Under the pieces are notes generated by a model, which had not been told where the DNA came from, did not search any database, and saw nothing but the letters and a program-made list of their open reading frames with translations. DNA of 64,000 nt from a virus: IMG/VR virus record IMGVR_UViG_3300013131_000021, one strand, 5' to 3'. How positions within the stretch are numbered: position 1 is the first letter of the stretch; each line of letters begins with the position of its first letter. This document shows, one piece after another, positions 1 through 10,424 of this stretch. The position numbers and the translations under genes were made by a program.

Positions 1-57
1 TAAGAGGTTATCCTGTAGCTTGGAATTACTTCTTAAATAATTAAACGGAGAACTTAA

Positions 58-387
58 ATGGCAACAGGAAGATTAGGAACAGCCAATATCACTACTACAG
101 CAAATACCACGATTTATCAAGTACCAATCAGCACATTTGCTGTGGTAAGTGTAAATATCGTAAATAGATCTAGTGCTTCATCATGTTCAATCAGAATAGC
201 TATATCAACCACAGCCTCCCCGGGCGTAGATGAATATATCGAATACGATTCATCATTAGTAGCAAATGGCACATTAGAGAGAACTGGATTAGTGATGGAT
301 GCCAGTAAATATTTGGTAGTGCAGACACCAACAGCCACACCTACATTGAGTGTAGTGGCCTATGGTATTGAAACATCAACAGCTTGA
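58..387 (+). CDS. Small tail-associated virion protein (hypothetical)
   Basis: 109-aa Thr/Ser/Val-rich beta-type ORF with GGAG SD, directly upstream of a tail-fibre-like gene. Confidence 0.55.
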   Translation: MATGRLGTANITTTANTTIYQVPISTFAVVSVNIVNRSSASSCSIRIAISTTASPGVDEYIEYDSSLVANGTLERTGLVMDASKYLVVQTPTATPTLSVVAYGIETSTA

Positions 388-399
388 GGTAAATAGAGT

Positions 400-1476
400 A
401 TGGGCAGAAGAACGAGCGGTGGCGAGATTGGTCTGGAAAAAATCGGTAATGTATCGGCTAATCAAGCCACATTAACCACCACCCAAGCAAACTCAGACCT
501 TATTTTAGATCCCAATGGCACTGGGAATGTGCAGATCAACGGCAGCTTAACACTAAACACAGGCGATCTAACCATAGTCAATCAGGGAGATCTGCGGCTA
601 AGAGAAACCACAGCCAATGGCAGCAATTATATCGCTATGCAAGCAGCAGCGGCAATGGCAGCTAATTACACCATTACATGGCCAGGCGCAGTGGCAGGAA
701 CAAATGGATTTGTTTTATCCTCAGACACCAGCGGCAACCTAAGCTGGTCAGCAGCAGGCGGAACTATTCCAGTTACTGATCCGGGTGCTGTGGCAACTGT
801 GCATTATCCGTTATTTGCTACCAATGCCGGTGTTATTCCAACAACATTAACTCCTAATGCTAGATCAAATTTATCTTTTGTTCCTAGCACTGGAGATTTA
901 GTTGTTACACTAATTACAGCAGCGACCAGTAGAGGTAGTAATGCGAGCGGAGGTACTTTAACATTGAGAGGTACCGGCAATGCTACCAAGGCCACAGCCA
1001 GCATATTAATGGATGAAAACGTTGCATCCACAACCGCTGCCACCGGAACATTAGTAGTCACGGGCGGCGTAGGTATTAGCGGTGATCTTAACGTAGGCGG
1101 TACAGGATCATTTACCGGTACAGTTTCAGTGGCAACCCCATCAGCCAACGGACATGCAACAACTAAACAATATGTGGATTCACAAGTTGGCGGTACTTGG
1201 ACTACAATATCAAGTTCAACAACTGCTACTAATCTTACAAATTATTTTGTAAACACGGCAGCAGGTGCTATAACTCTAACATTACCTGCTTCCCCAAGTG
1301 CTAACAATAAAGTAGCTGTGGCAGATCTAGCAGGAACATTTGATGTTAATAATTTAACTTTAGGTAGAAATTCGGTATTAATCATGGGACGTGCAGAAGA
1401 TCTGATCATTAACACAAGAAATGCCAGCTTGACACTGGTGTATTCGGGCGCTACCTACGGATGGAAACTAGTATAA
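400..1476 (+). CDS. Tail fibre-like protein
   Basis: Gly/Thr/Ala-rich, GTLVVTGGVGISG-type fibre repeats, C-terminal module ending YSGATYGWKL typical of T4-like fibre tips. Confidence 0.65.
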   Translation: MGRRTSGGEIGLEKIGNVSANQATLTTTQANSDLILDPNGTGNVQINGSLTLNTGDLTIVNQGDLRLRETTANGSNYIAMQAAAAMAANYTITWPGAVAGTNGFVLSSDTSGNLSWSAAGGTIPVTDPGAVATVHYPLFATNAGVIPTTLTPNARSNLSFVPSTGDLVVTLITAATSRGSNASGGTLTLRGTGNATKATASILMDENVASTTAATGTLVVTGGVGISGDLNVGGTGSFTGTVSVATPSANGHATTKQYVDSQVGGTWTTISSSTTATNLTNYFVNTAAGAITLTLPASPSANNKVAVADLAGTFDVNNLTLGRNSVLIMGRAEDLIINTRNASLTLVYSGATYGWKLV

Positions 1477-1491
1477 TAGGATAAAAATAAA

Positions 1492-2898
1492 ATGGCATTA
1501 AGTTCAGAATTTGTATCGTCAGGAGTTCCCGGAAATCCGTGGAAGCAACCTTGTTTTGCCATATGGTCTAACAACGGAAGTTATGGCGGAGTAAACTTCG
1601 TCGACCATAATATGCAGACATTGTCAAGAGAACAATATGACAATGGATCTTACGGTGCCCAGGCCATGCGCAGCAACGGAGCTCCTGAGATGTTTGACAA
1701 CTGGGCCGGCTCAAGCTATACACTTAGCCAAGCTCCGGCTCAATCTAACAGCGAGTACACCTGTTCACAATACCAGGGATATCTAGGACATATTGTATTC
1801 GCAGCTAATCACTATGACAAAGGCAATTGCGGAATTGAAATGATGGGCAGTACTGGATATAACAGTTATAGATCGATCGCTCTGCGCAATAACTGTGTCA
1901 TAGTCAATGACATAGATCAAGATTATGCTATATGGGTCAGCGATACACAACTTAAGACAGGCCCGCGTAGCCTGGATTGGTATGCATATCATTGGCATAG
2001 CAACTCAGGTCAATACATCACCGTATCAACTAAAAACGCAGGATATGCTAACACCAGATACGGTACAGGCAGCTACAATGCTAAAACCAATAAATTATGC
2101 ATCATGGAATCCAACGGCAGTTATGCTATGAAACCTGTGATATATTCTAATGTGCCTAGCCTACGCTGGTATTCAAAGAACATGTACAGGGGGGATGCAG
2201 AATCTTTTTCAGCTCAAACAGCCGGCCAAAACGGAGCATTGTATACACATTTCAACACAGCAGCAAACTATACTACCAGTTATGGATTCGCCACAGGAAA
2301 ACCTCGTAATGCAAATATCGAAGATAACTATAGATGCGTCACAGTGATGTGCGACAATGACAGAGTAGTTATGATGCAGATGATACCCAACGGCAATCCA
2401 GGAGCTTGGATTACCAGATGGTCAGCTGCGGGCACTTCAGAAGGAAGTCTGAGAAATTGGAGCGGAACCACCAGCTACGGTCTTGATCAAGGTTCTAGAT
2501 ATGGCATTAGATATTGCGTGTCGTCCGACGGACAATTTGTTCTAGCATGGTGCCCGTATTATTATTACGGCAGCGGACCTCATACAGCATTGATCAGGGT
2601 ATCTGATGGAAAAATCGTCTGGGATCAAACCAACGATACAACTTATTCATACTGGTTTTTTCCTCGAGGAAAAAGCGATTTTGTCTGCACATCAAATGTC
2701 AATGCAGACGGTGGATCGGGAATGTATTATCAAATCATAAATACCCATCAACTCATGGACGGAACCGCTGATGCACAGCAGGTTAATATGACTAGAAGTT
2801 TTATCACACAGTTGCTGTCGTCGAACTACAACTCTACCGATTATCCTTACTGTATCCCGCTGCAATATGATACTAGAGCTTTCAATACCGATTATTAA
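1492..2898 (+). CDS. Putative receptor-binding/tail-tip protein, paralogue A
   Basis: 468 aa, Tyr/Trp/Asn/Gly-rich; colinear motifs shared with the next ORF (QPCFAIWSN.GS.GG, YNAKTN.L, W..TTSYG.DQG.R.G.R.CVSSDG). Confidence 0.5.
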   Translation: MALSSEFVSSGVPGNPWKQPCFAIWSNNGSYGGVNFVDHNMQTLSREQYDNGSYGAQAMRSNGAPEMFDNWAGSSYTLSQAPAQSNSEYTCSQYQGYLGHIVFAANHYDKGNCGIEMMGSTGYNSYRSIALRNNCVIVNDIDQDYAIWVSDTQLKTGPRSLDWYAYHWHSNSGQYITVSTKNAGYANTRYGTGSYNAKTNKLCIMESNGSYAMKPVIYSNVPSLRWYSKNMYRGDAESFSAQTAGQNGALYTHFNTAANYTTSYGFATGKPRNANIEDNYRCVTVMCDNDRVVMMQMIPNGNPGAWITRWSAAGTSEGSLRNWSGTTSYGLDQGSRYGIRYCVSSDGQFVLAWCPYYYYGSGPHTALIRVSDGKIVWDQTNDTTYSYWFFPRGKSDFVCTSNVNADGGSGMYYQIINTHQLMDGTADAQQVNMTRSFITQLLSSNYNSTDYPYCIPLQYDTRAFNTDY

Positions 2899-2910
2899 TT
2901 AGGAAAAAAC

Positions 2911-4302
2911 ATGCCGCAACTATTAGGAAACATACTCAGCACTTATCAACCAAGTAATCCGTATAGGCAACCGTGTTTTGCCATATGGTCAAATGACGGA
3001 TCGTTTGGCGGATTTTCTACCTTCGATCACAATTATAATTGCATAGGCAGGATGATCTATAATAACAGTTCATATGGTGCCAGTAGAATGAGAAGTACCG
3101 GAGCGCCGGAACTATTTGACACTTACGCTAGTACTCAATTCGCTAGAACTAACTTCGTAGCTAGTTCGAACAGTGATATGCCCAAAGGCACAGCATCTTG
3201 CGGATATTTAGGAAATATCGTCATCCCGATGGGCGATGGATTCTCGGGGGATTTAACCGGACAAACAGGATATGATACATATAGGGCTGTGGCGTTCCGA
3301 GATTGTGCCACCATAGTCAACGAAGTAGATCAAAGATATGCTATATGGTGGGAAGACGCTACGATGATACTCGGACCTCGTAGCGCCAATTGGTATGCTT
3401 ATAATCGACAGATATTAAATTCAAATAGAACTAGTGTTAGCAATAAACAATCCGGTTATGGTGGCACCAAATTCGGTATGGCCAGCTATAACGCCAAGAC
3501 CAATCAATTGGCGGTGGTTGAAGCCAACGGTAGCTATGGATTTAGACCGACTGTATATAATAACGTTCCGCGACTAGCACAATATTATGACAACATATAT
3601 TTTGGGTTAGCAGATCAAGCAGCCGCTAGAGCAGCTACCACCGAAGGAACACTGTACACACATTTCAATACACCAGCAAATTATACTCTCGGTTATGCAG
3701 CAGCAACTGGTAAACCTACCAATCAAACTACTGAAGATAATCGACGGGGTATCATAGTTATGTGCGACGACGGAAAAATCGTCATGTTCCAGATGATTCC
3801 ACAATGGGGATTTTGGACTCATAGATGGAACGCCAACGGAACAGCTGCAGGCAACATAATTTCTGTGTCGTGGACCACCAGCTACGGTGTTGATCAAGGT
3901 AATAGATTTGGTGCTAGATGGTGCGTGTCATCAGACGGTAGGTATGTCATGGCATGGTGTGCTAGTTATTATTATAATAGCGGATATTGGGCGGTATTGA
4001 TCAGGGTATCCGACGGCAAGACCTTGTACGATTATAATCAGGACAGCACATATGGTTATCAATTCTGTCCAATAGGGCCTAGTAATTTCCACTGTATGCG
4101 CGATGTGAATTCGGACGGCGGTTCAGGATGTTATGCTCAGCATATAGATGCAGACCACATGATGAACACCTTTGCAGATCTAGCCAGAGTAAATTTTGGA
4201 AGATCTAATCTTACACAATTAAGAGGTGGTAATTTCTGGAGTACAGATTATCCGGCTCTCATACCGTTGATTTATGATACTAAAATGTTCGCACAAATTT
4301 GA
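2911..4302 (+). CDS. Putative receptor-binding/tail-tip protein, paralogue B
   Basis: 463 aa, full-length paralogue of 1492..2898; AGGA SD. Confidence 0.5.
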   Translation: MPQLLGNILSTYQPSNPYRQPCFAIWSNDGSFGGFSTFDHNYNCIGRMIYNNSSYGASRMRSTGAPELFDTYASTQFARTNFVASSNSDMPKGTASCGYLGNIVIPMGDGFSGDLTGQTGYDTYRAVAFRDCATIVNEVDQRYAIWWEDATMILGPRSANWYAYNRQILNSNRTSVSNKQSGYGGTKFGMASYNAKTNQLAVVEANGSYGFRPTVYNNVPRLAQYYDNIYFGLADQAAARAATTEGTLYTHFNTPANYTLGYAAATGKPTNQTTEDNRRGIIVMCDDGKIVMFQMIPQWGFWTHRWNANGTAAGNIISVSWTTSYGVDQGNRFGARWCVSSDGRYVMAWCASYYYNSGYWAVLIRVSDGKTLYDYNQDSTYGYQFCPIGPSNFHCMRDVNSDGGSGCYAQHIDADHMMNTFADLARVNFGRSNLTQLRGGNFWSTDYPALIPLIYDTKMFAQI

Positions 4303-4313
4303 GGAAAGTAATA

Positions 4314-4766
4314 ATGAAATATTTAGAATTTAATTTAGACAACACATGCATAGGAGTATTCGATAGCCCAGCAGCAGGTAGATATGAATTTGATTATGAC
4401 CCTGCGAAATATTTTTTACCTACTTTACAACTTAAAGATGGTAAAGTAGTTCATACTTTACCTGGGCTATCATATAAAGATCAAGAAACTACCTTTAATA
4501 AAGCCAAGGAAGCTGCTGACTTTGAACAAAACAAAATAAATATCATACCTACTATCAAATCACATGCAGCAGAAAAAATAAGATTAATCTCTTGGAAATT
4601 AGAACGAGCGAAAGAACAAGATGAATTAGCAGGTACGACAGATAAAACGCTCAAAGCTTTGGCAGAAAGACAAGCGATTAGAGATGCCAGCAATGCGCAC
4701 GAAGCTAAGTTAATGGCTTTGAAAACTATTAAAGAGTTGGAGGATTTTGATCCTCAGGATTTCTAA
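4314..4766 (+). CDS. Tail fibre assembly chaperone-like protein
   Basis: ATG at 4314 after GAGG SD; helical C-terminus (AERQAIRDASN) resembling Tfa/gp38-like chaperones; follows fibre genes. Confidence 0.45.
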   Translation: MKYLEFNLDNTCIGVFDSPAAGRYEFDYDPAKYFLPTLQLKDGKVVHTLPGLSYKDQETTFNKAKEAADFEQNKINIIPTIKSHAAEKIRLISWKLERAKEQDELAGTTDKTLKALAERQAIRDASNAHEAKLMALKTIKELEDFDPQDF

Positions 4767-5340
4767 GAGTGTTTTCAAAATTAAAATTTATCACCAATCT
4801 TTGTCTTTTATCGGTCTGAGATTCCACAGCGTGATATTGTCTGCCATCGAAGATCACGTACTTATTTTCTTCACAAGATACTCGCTTCAGCTCAGTTAGC
4901 TCTTCAGGACTGTCTATATACAAATCTCCACCCTGATATAATTTGTCATAAAAGATCGTGTTTCCATTAGTGTTAGAAAGATAAAATAATGCGGTCAAAT
5001 GAGGAACATCCATATCTACATGAGCTTCGTGCCAAACGTGATGGGGAGTTTTTGTTATAAACCCTAATTTTATCCTAAAAATACCTCCGAGCCTGATTCC
5101 CGCATCACTGCATATTTTTTCTAAAAGCTCTACTGCTCGGTCTCCGGAAGGGTGCAACGTTTTTCCATTGAGCAACAAGTTCATACCAAAACTGAATTTC
5201 CAACTTGATTCATCATTGCAGGTTCTTAATACCGCAGTGGTTGGAAGATACATCCAGGGAATTTGTACTCCACCATGCAGATTTTTCCACGGCTGAAATT
5301 CTTCTTCAGATAAAAAATTTGTTTTTCCGTAAAATATCAT
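4729..5340 (-). CDS. 2OG-Fe(II) oxygenase superfamily protein
   Basis: H-x-D (AHVD), distal His (QYHAV) and R-x-V-I-N-F-N strand typical of the DSBH dioxygenase fold. Confidence 0.65.
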   Translation of the reverse strand: MIFYGKTNFLSEEEFQPWKNLHGGVQIPWMYLPTTAVLRTCNDESSWKFSFGMNLLLNGKTLHPSGDRAVELLEKICSDAGIRLGGIFRIKLGFITKTPHHVWHEAHVDMDVPHLTALFYLSNTNGNTIFYDKLYQGGDLYIDSPEELTELKRVSCEENKYVIFDGRQYHAVESQTDKRQRLVINFNFENTLRNPEDQNPPTL

Positions 5341-6053
5341 ACAAACTCCATGGTATCCTTGGACAACCTAATTACATTATCTAATAAAAAATCTGCCACA
5401 CTTTTTTTACCTACACCGACATCCATGGCTATGGTGATCCTAGAATCGATACCGTTATGCGGAGAAGTACCGTGGATCAAATAACTAGGGAAAAACATCC
5501 CCTCACCTATGAAATTAGTCATACTCAGGGATCCATTTTGAAACGGCAGTTCGTAATATGTAAAACTTTCTTCGCAATTAACTGTATAATGGCAACTTAT
5601 AAATCCTTCTTTGGACGGAGAATGAAAATGTGCTGATATTTGCTGTCCTGGATATAGAACATTGTACCAACAATTAATATAAAGGTCATCCGTTAAAACT
5701 ATCTTGCATTCATTTACAAATTTTTTAATCTCTATGGCTACTTTGGATCTTAATTCGGATATTAACTCGTTGTCGTATTTTAATAAATTATAATAAGGAT
5801 ATCTAGCCGTGGTAGTATTAGGCCCCAATCCTGTGCCTCCATCATCTTTCCATGGCGGATATTTGGTTAAAATATTTGCGCTTTCCTTTAAAAGAAATTC
5901 TTTCAATTCAGAATTGTATTTAGGATCATGATTTTGAAAATGCCAGAAATCAAAACTCCATTCGGGACCTATCGGATTGTTCTGTTGCGACTTATCTAAC
6001 GAACTAATAGTAATAAGTTGCCCACGCTCTACTGATTCAAATGCTTTATTCAT
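5337..6053 (-). CDS. Putative 2OG-Fe(II) oxygenase
   Basis: W.NVLYPGQQISAHFH, FFPSYLIHGT and RITIA motifs. Confidence 0.6.
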   Translation of the reverse strand: MNKAFESVERGQLITISSLDKSQQNNPIGPEWSFDFWHFQNHDPKYNSELKEFLLKESANILTKYPPWKDDGGTGLGPNTTTARYPYYNLLKYDNELISELRSKVAIEIKKFVNECKIVLTDDLYINCWYNVLYPGQQISAHFHSPSKEGFISCHYTVNCEESFTYYELPFQNGSLSMTNFIGEGMFFPSYLIHGTSPHNGIDSRITIAMDVGVGKKSVADFLLDNVIRLSKDTMEFV

Positions 6054-6829
6054 TGATTATCCTTGAAAATCTTATCTGTCTTTTCTCTACGAGATTTTAT
6101 ATTTGTTGTAAAACTAGAATGAAGCATTATATCATAGATTTTGTTGTTTTCTTTTTCTTTTTCTGTAGCATCTCTAATTTGAAATTCTAATTCACTGTTT
6201 CTTTTCATAGGAATGTATTGTACCAACGGCTGACCTGCTTTAACAATATGCCATTTATCATCATTGGCCAACCACCAAAATGATGGATTTATGGGGCCAG
6301 AGTCTCTAGGATCTAATATTCCGCCGACTGTGATAAATCTGTTTTCTCCTGAAAAAAACACAGGAAGTTCTAAAAAAACTGTATCAGCTGGTGCCTTTAT
6401 TCTCCATGCAGTACTGATCTTTAATATATTTGTATTAGCCCCTACCGGAGGAGGCATAAACGCTGACAATGTATCGGGAGTATGGATATCTAAATATCTT
6501 CCTAATCCTGTAGACCCTGCAAATAATCTAGACTGATCAAGAGTCATATCTAGCATCATCTGACTGTTTGCATTTTCAGAACGAACTGCAAAATCAAAAT
6601 AGTTGTAAAGAATATATCCTGTACGCATATAGTCAATGATTCCAGGACATTTCAACACTGTTGTTATTTTTTTATTAGGTATAGCTTGTTTTTTTTGTCT
6701 ATAGTTAATAGCAGCGGCCTTAGTCCACGATGGTTTTAAATCTGCCGCCTTGCCTATAGGGTAAAGATCCTTTAATCCCGGCATTAGACTATAGAATTCT
6801 ATCTTAGGTCGTTTAAAAAAGTTAAACAT
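6050..6829 (-). CDS. Hypothetical protein (beta-rich, DUF6065-like)
   Basis: KCPGIIDY..TGYIL and KAGQPLVQYIP motifs; ATG start chosen at 6829. Confidence 0.45.
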   Translation of the reverse strand: MFNFFKRPKIEFYSLMPGLKDLYPIGKAADLKPSWTKAAAINYRQKKQAIPNKKITTVLKCPGIIDYMRTGYILYNYFDFAVRSENANSQMMLDMTLDQSRLFAGSTGLGRYLDIHTPDTLSAFMPPPVGANTNILKISTAWRIKAPADTVFLELPVFFSGENRFITVGGILDPRDSGPINPSFWWLANDDKWHIVKAGQPLVQYIPMKRNSELEFQIRDATEKEKENNKIYDIMLHSSFTTNIKSRREKTDKIFKDNQ

Positions 6830-7085
6830 TCTTAACACTTTTTAATTTTGATTCTAATTTACGACGTAAATTAACTATGCTGTCTTTGAATTCTGTGCCC
6901 ATAGATTTCATTTGTTTAGAATAGATCATGTCTAAAAACATGCTGTCCATTTTTTTAACCTCAAAAATTAAATCCGTCAATAGTTTTTTAGCCTCTAGTT
7001 TATCTTTTTCGTCTGATAATCTATCTATCGCTGCTTCATATCTTTTAATATCTTCTTGAAATCTTTGATTTCCCTGTATCATCAT
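6822..7085 (-). CDS. Hypothetical helical protein
   Basis: 87-aa ORF overlapping both neighbours. Confidence 0.55.
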   Translation of the reverse strand: MMIQGNQRFQEDIKRYEAAIDRLSDEKDKLEAKKLLTDLIFEVKKMDSMFLDMIYSKQMKSMGTEFKDSIVNLRRKLESKLKSVKNV

Positions 7086-7456
7086 TTTTCTAACTCCATT
7101 ATCGTTTCAATTTTTGTTCTTATGATTTGATTATTTAAGGTAGTTTTTAGACCGGCATGTAGTTGATTTGGCAAGCAATCTAATGTAGCCCAACAAACTG
7201 TAGACACTGTTTCGGTTAAAAATTCGCTGTCCACTAGGCAAACATATGTGCCATATTCAAATCCTTTGTCTTCACTGAGATATAGTTCTATCGGGATTAT
7301 TTTTCCTTGACTATAATTGTCCAATAATTGTTTTACATCATCTAATAAAGGACCAGATCTAGGAAATGTAGGAACTGTCCACCTAAAATTTTCTAGGATT
7401 AGTAATATTCTATTGGTTGTTTTGGCTAGAAATAGCAGTCCGGCACGCTGTTGCAT
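7082..7456 (-). CDS. Degenerate NUDIX-fold-like protein
   Basis: RAGLLF...RILLI start and FEYGTYVCLV...W pattern, but no Nudix box; TAAGTA motif 5 nt upstream. Confidence 0.4.
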   Translation of the reverse strand: MQQRAGLLFLAKTTNRILLILENFRWTVPTFPRSGPLLDDVKQLLDNYSQGKIIPIELYLSEDKGFEYGTYVCLVDSEFLTETVSTVCWATLDCLPNQLHAGLKTTLNNQIIRTKIETIMELEK

Positions 7457-7470
7457 GCCTTTACTTATCT

Positions 7471-9033
7471 TCAGTCTACCCTGAAGTTCCAGTCTCCTGG
7501 ACCATATTCACCTTCAAATGCTTTGAGCCACTGAGAACCGTCCCAGCGATACTTTATTCCGGTGCGAATATTTTGGATATAGGTAGGTGAAAATATTTCT
7601 CCTGCTAGCTCAGCTGCTTCTATGGTATTCTCTTCAGGAAACCAAATTGTAGACCAACTACTACCAGTCCATTCGATGATAGAATTGGCTTTAATACTAG
7701 GATCAGTGCCATCTTGATTGGACCATGAACTGTCTTCGTTGCTGGGTTCGCGCCATGCTTGTGGACCTCGGTAAGGTACGTTGGTGCTGTCGGCAGGGTT
7801 TGATGGATATTGAATATATCCGCCTCGATTTGCACTGTTGTTAACATCATCTAACATAAGGAATCTTAAACCGACAGGAATGGCAGCAAAACTACCATAT
7901 GTTGTGATAGGATTATACTTATATGGGTCTATGATAGCATCTACAGTGCCTCTAGTTTCTCCTCCGACCATATTGCTAGCGATATCTGTATTTCCTGGAT
8001 ATGTATCAGGATCTAAAGTTATAGTCAGTATCGCAGGATTCAAAGGATTTATGACATATGTGCCTAATATTTCTGAACCATCTGGTTTTATAAACCATAT
8101 TTGACTGCCTGGAATATATCCCCCTTGTACTTCTAAGATAGCGTTCCAGTCTATAGGTTCTCCATTTGTAAACTCTTTCTCATCTAATCCCAAAGACAGT
8201 ACCGCATGTGAATGATTAACTAATGTTAGATCATATTGATTATCGTTAAGCACACCTGTGTTAGATTTGAATAATAACACTCTATAACTATTGGTAGTGG
8301 TTTTCCAAGTGCCAGATTGTCGATTATAAACTAGTTCTTCTAGATTTATCACATCTCCAGATTCGTTAAAAACATTAGAAATAACACTTTGTACTATACC
8401 TAATTTTTTAACCTTGGCAGGAGGAGTGAGATAAATCGGTAATTCAAACTGTAAGGTGCAGATATCAATCTCAGATTCAGCACCTGCAGGAATAGTTCTT
8501 GAACTGAATGTTGTAGAATTCAAGTATAATGCACTTAGACTAGTCCAGTCGATATAATTATCAGTGGTCTGTAATTCTAAACTAGGATTAAACAACACTA
8601 ATATTTGTTCAAGAAGTTGAAGTTTTTGATCTGTGTTAGAAGTCCAGATGTCTGCTTTCATCATCAGCTTGAACGGTGTTGGCATTAATCTTTCTACAGT
8701 GTAGTTTCCTCCTTGGGTATTCTGATAATCTCGAGTACCGTTTGCATCGGTGTATCTACGTTCTCTAATATGTATTTTGCTAACAAAACTAGCATCAGAC
8801 AACCGAGTAGTATCCATTTCTAAACTGCTGATATAACAAGATATCTTAGGCACCGTCAGCATTTTGTTTTCACTGTTCTCTTTGATAATCGCAGCTACCT
8901 GTCTAGTCATATCACCATAGGTAACTGGTACCGTAGATTCTGATCCATCACCGGCTTTCCATTTAAAACCTATGAAAACTCGCATGAACTGAGTTACATA
9001 TCTTCTTATCTGACCGTCGTAAAAATAATCCAT
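7471..9033 (-). CDS. gp15: Tail terminator / sheath stabiliser (T4 gp15-like)
   Basis: YFYDGQIRRYVTQF, VPVTYG, QILVLFNPS..LQ and PPAKVKK motifs; neck-gene context. Confidence 0.75.
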   Translation of the reverse strand: MDYFYDGQIRRYVTQFMRVFIGFKWKAGDGSESTVPVTYGDMTRQVAAIIKENSENKMLTVPKISCYISSLEMDTTRLSDASFVSKIHIRERRYTDANGTRDYQNTQGGNYTVERLMPTPFKLMMKADIWTSNTDQKLQLLEQILVLFNPSLELQTTDNYIDWTSLSALYLNSTTFSSRTIPAGAESEIDICTLQFELPIYLTPPAKVKKLGIVQSVISNVFNESGDVINLEELVYNRQSGTWKTTTNSYRVLLFKSNTGVLNDNQYDLTLVNHSHAVLSLGLDEKEFTNGEPIDWNAILEVQGGYIPGSQIWFIKPDGSEILGTYVINPLNPAILTITLDPDTYPGNTDIASNMVGGETRGTVDAIIDPYKYNPITTYGSFAAIPVGLRFLMLDDVNNSANRGGYIQYPSNPADSTNVPYRGPQAWREPSNEDSSWSNQDGTDPSIKANSIIEWTGSSWSTIWFPEENTIEAAELAGEIFSPTYIQNIRTGIKYRWDGSQWLKAFEGEYGPGDWNFRVD

Positions 9034-10424
9034 TATTCGTCTGCCTGAGGTCTAAGAGCTTTGCTCAAACTTTGTTTTTCTTTAGTCACATGACCATCGA
9101 TCGTGGCTACTTTGCTATTGTTTATAAATGTAGCTTTTTGTGTCTGCCTTATATCTTTGCCTGCGAATGTATCCCCTGTACCAACATCACTAGAGCCAAG
9201 ATTGCTCATGGTCATACGTACATTATCTTCAAATTTTATCCATCTATTACCATTATACCTAAACAGTCTGTGAGGAAGATAATCTTTCCTAAGACAAAAC
9301 TGACCAATTGTAGGATTAATAGGAAACGCTATGCCTGCGGTAAATGGAGCTCCGTTGGGAGGAACTCCGTCAGCAGTTAGATAACCAGTATAACCGTCCC
9401 CATCGGCAGGCATGAATGTCGAGCTAGCTGTTTGACCTACGTATATAGGATCACCGTTCGTGTCATATAACAGATTGCCATCTTCATCTGTGGCTTGTGT
9501 TCCGGCATCAACTGTGTTTTCTGTATTGTCTGCTGTAGCTAATTCAGCAGTGCCGTCATCAAATCTTTGTAGGGTGTAGTATTTTGAAGTATCATATCCG
9601 CTACGTGGTGCATCTTCTTCAGCTTGATTCAGTACCGCTTGGGTAATCTGCATTTCCTTATTATAGGTGCTGATTATATCTCTGAGACTGTCTGCTAATT
9701 GATAATAAGTAGCATTTGGAGGAGCGATCCCTGTAACTTCGGATATCACTTCATATTTTTTACCGTCAGGTCCTGTGATTATATCTTCAGGATAGTATGT
9801 GATAGCAGGATTGTATATTCCTTTATCAGATTCTTTATTGGCGATTTCATCTAGTATCTGTTTAAATTCCTGGCTGTCAACTAAAGGTTTGCATTTTGCT
9901 CTATATAAATGAGGATACCAAGTTAAGGAAAATCCTTCGGCTGCTCTGCTGACTTCTTCTATTACATAATATCGCTTTAAAGCATACTTAAAATCGTTAT
10001 AAGCATATTCGTCTTTGAGATGAGGCAGCTCGATTACATCACCCGCCATAATTTTTCTGCCGATTTTTTCCACTGTATCATTGATATGGAAAGTGATAAA
10101 AATCGTGTCGTTTTGTAAAAACAATCCGAACTGACTCAAATTAAAATCTGTGTCAATTAAATTATAATGTCCTCTTAATATGTAAATGTCTGGATCGTAC
10201 TTTCTGTCTCTATTTTCTAAAAACAGTAGATCTTGTATGTTAAAAGGATTATCTACAGAATACTCCGGAGTACTGGGCGTGTTGCCCTGGATCGAAATAT
10301 CGGGCCCGAGATATTTGTGAACAAATACGTCAGTGCCGCCTATCTGAAACATCTCCCAGATATTTTTATCAATAAATTTGTAGTCGTTGCCCTTTTCTGG
10401 GCGATATAAACTTAAACGAGGCAT
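9033..10424 (-). CDS. gp14: Neck/head-closure protein (T4 gp14-like) with extensions
   Basis: GGTDVFVHKYLG, LSQFGLFL..D.IFITFH and AGDVIELPHL motifs. Confidence 0.7.
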   Translation of the reverse strand: MPRLSLYRPEKGNDYKFIDKNIWEMFQIGGTDVFVHKYLGPDISIQGNTPSTPEYSVDNPFNIQDLLFLENRDRKYDPDIYILRGHYNLIDTDFNLSQFGLFLQNDTIFITFHINDTVEKIGRKIMAGDVIELPHLKDEYAYNDFKYALKRYYVIEEVSRAAEGFSLTWYPHLYRAKCKPLVDSQEFKQILDEIANKESDKGIYNPAITYYPEDIITGPDGKKYEVISEVTGIAPPNATYYQLADSLRDIISTYNKEMQITQAVLNQAEEDAPRSGYDTSKYYTLQRFDDGTAELATADNTENTVDAGTQATDEDGNLLYDTNGDPIYVGQTASSTFMPADGDGYTGYLTADGVPPNGAPFTAGIAFPINPTIGQFCLRKDYLPHRLFRYNGNRWIKFEDNVRMTMSNLGSSDVGTGDTFAGKDIRQTQKATFINNSKVATIDGHVTKEKQSLSKALRPQADE

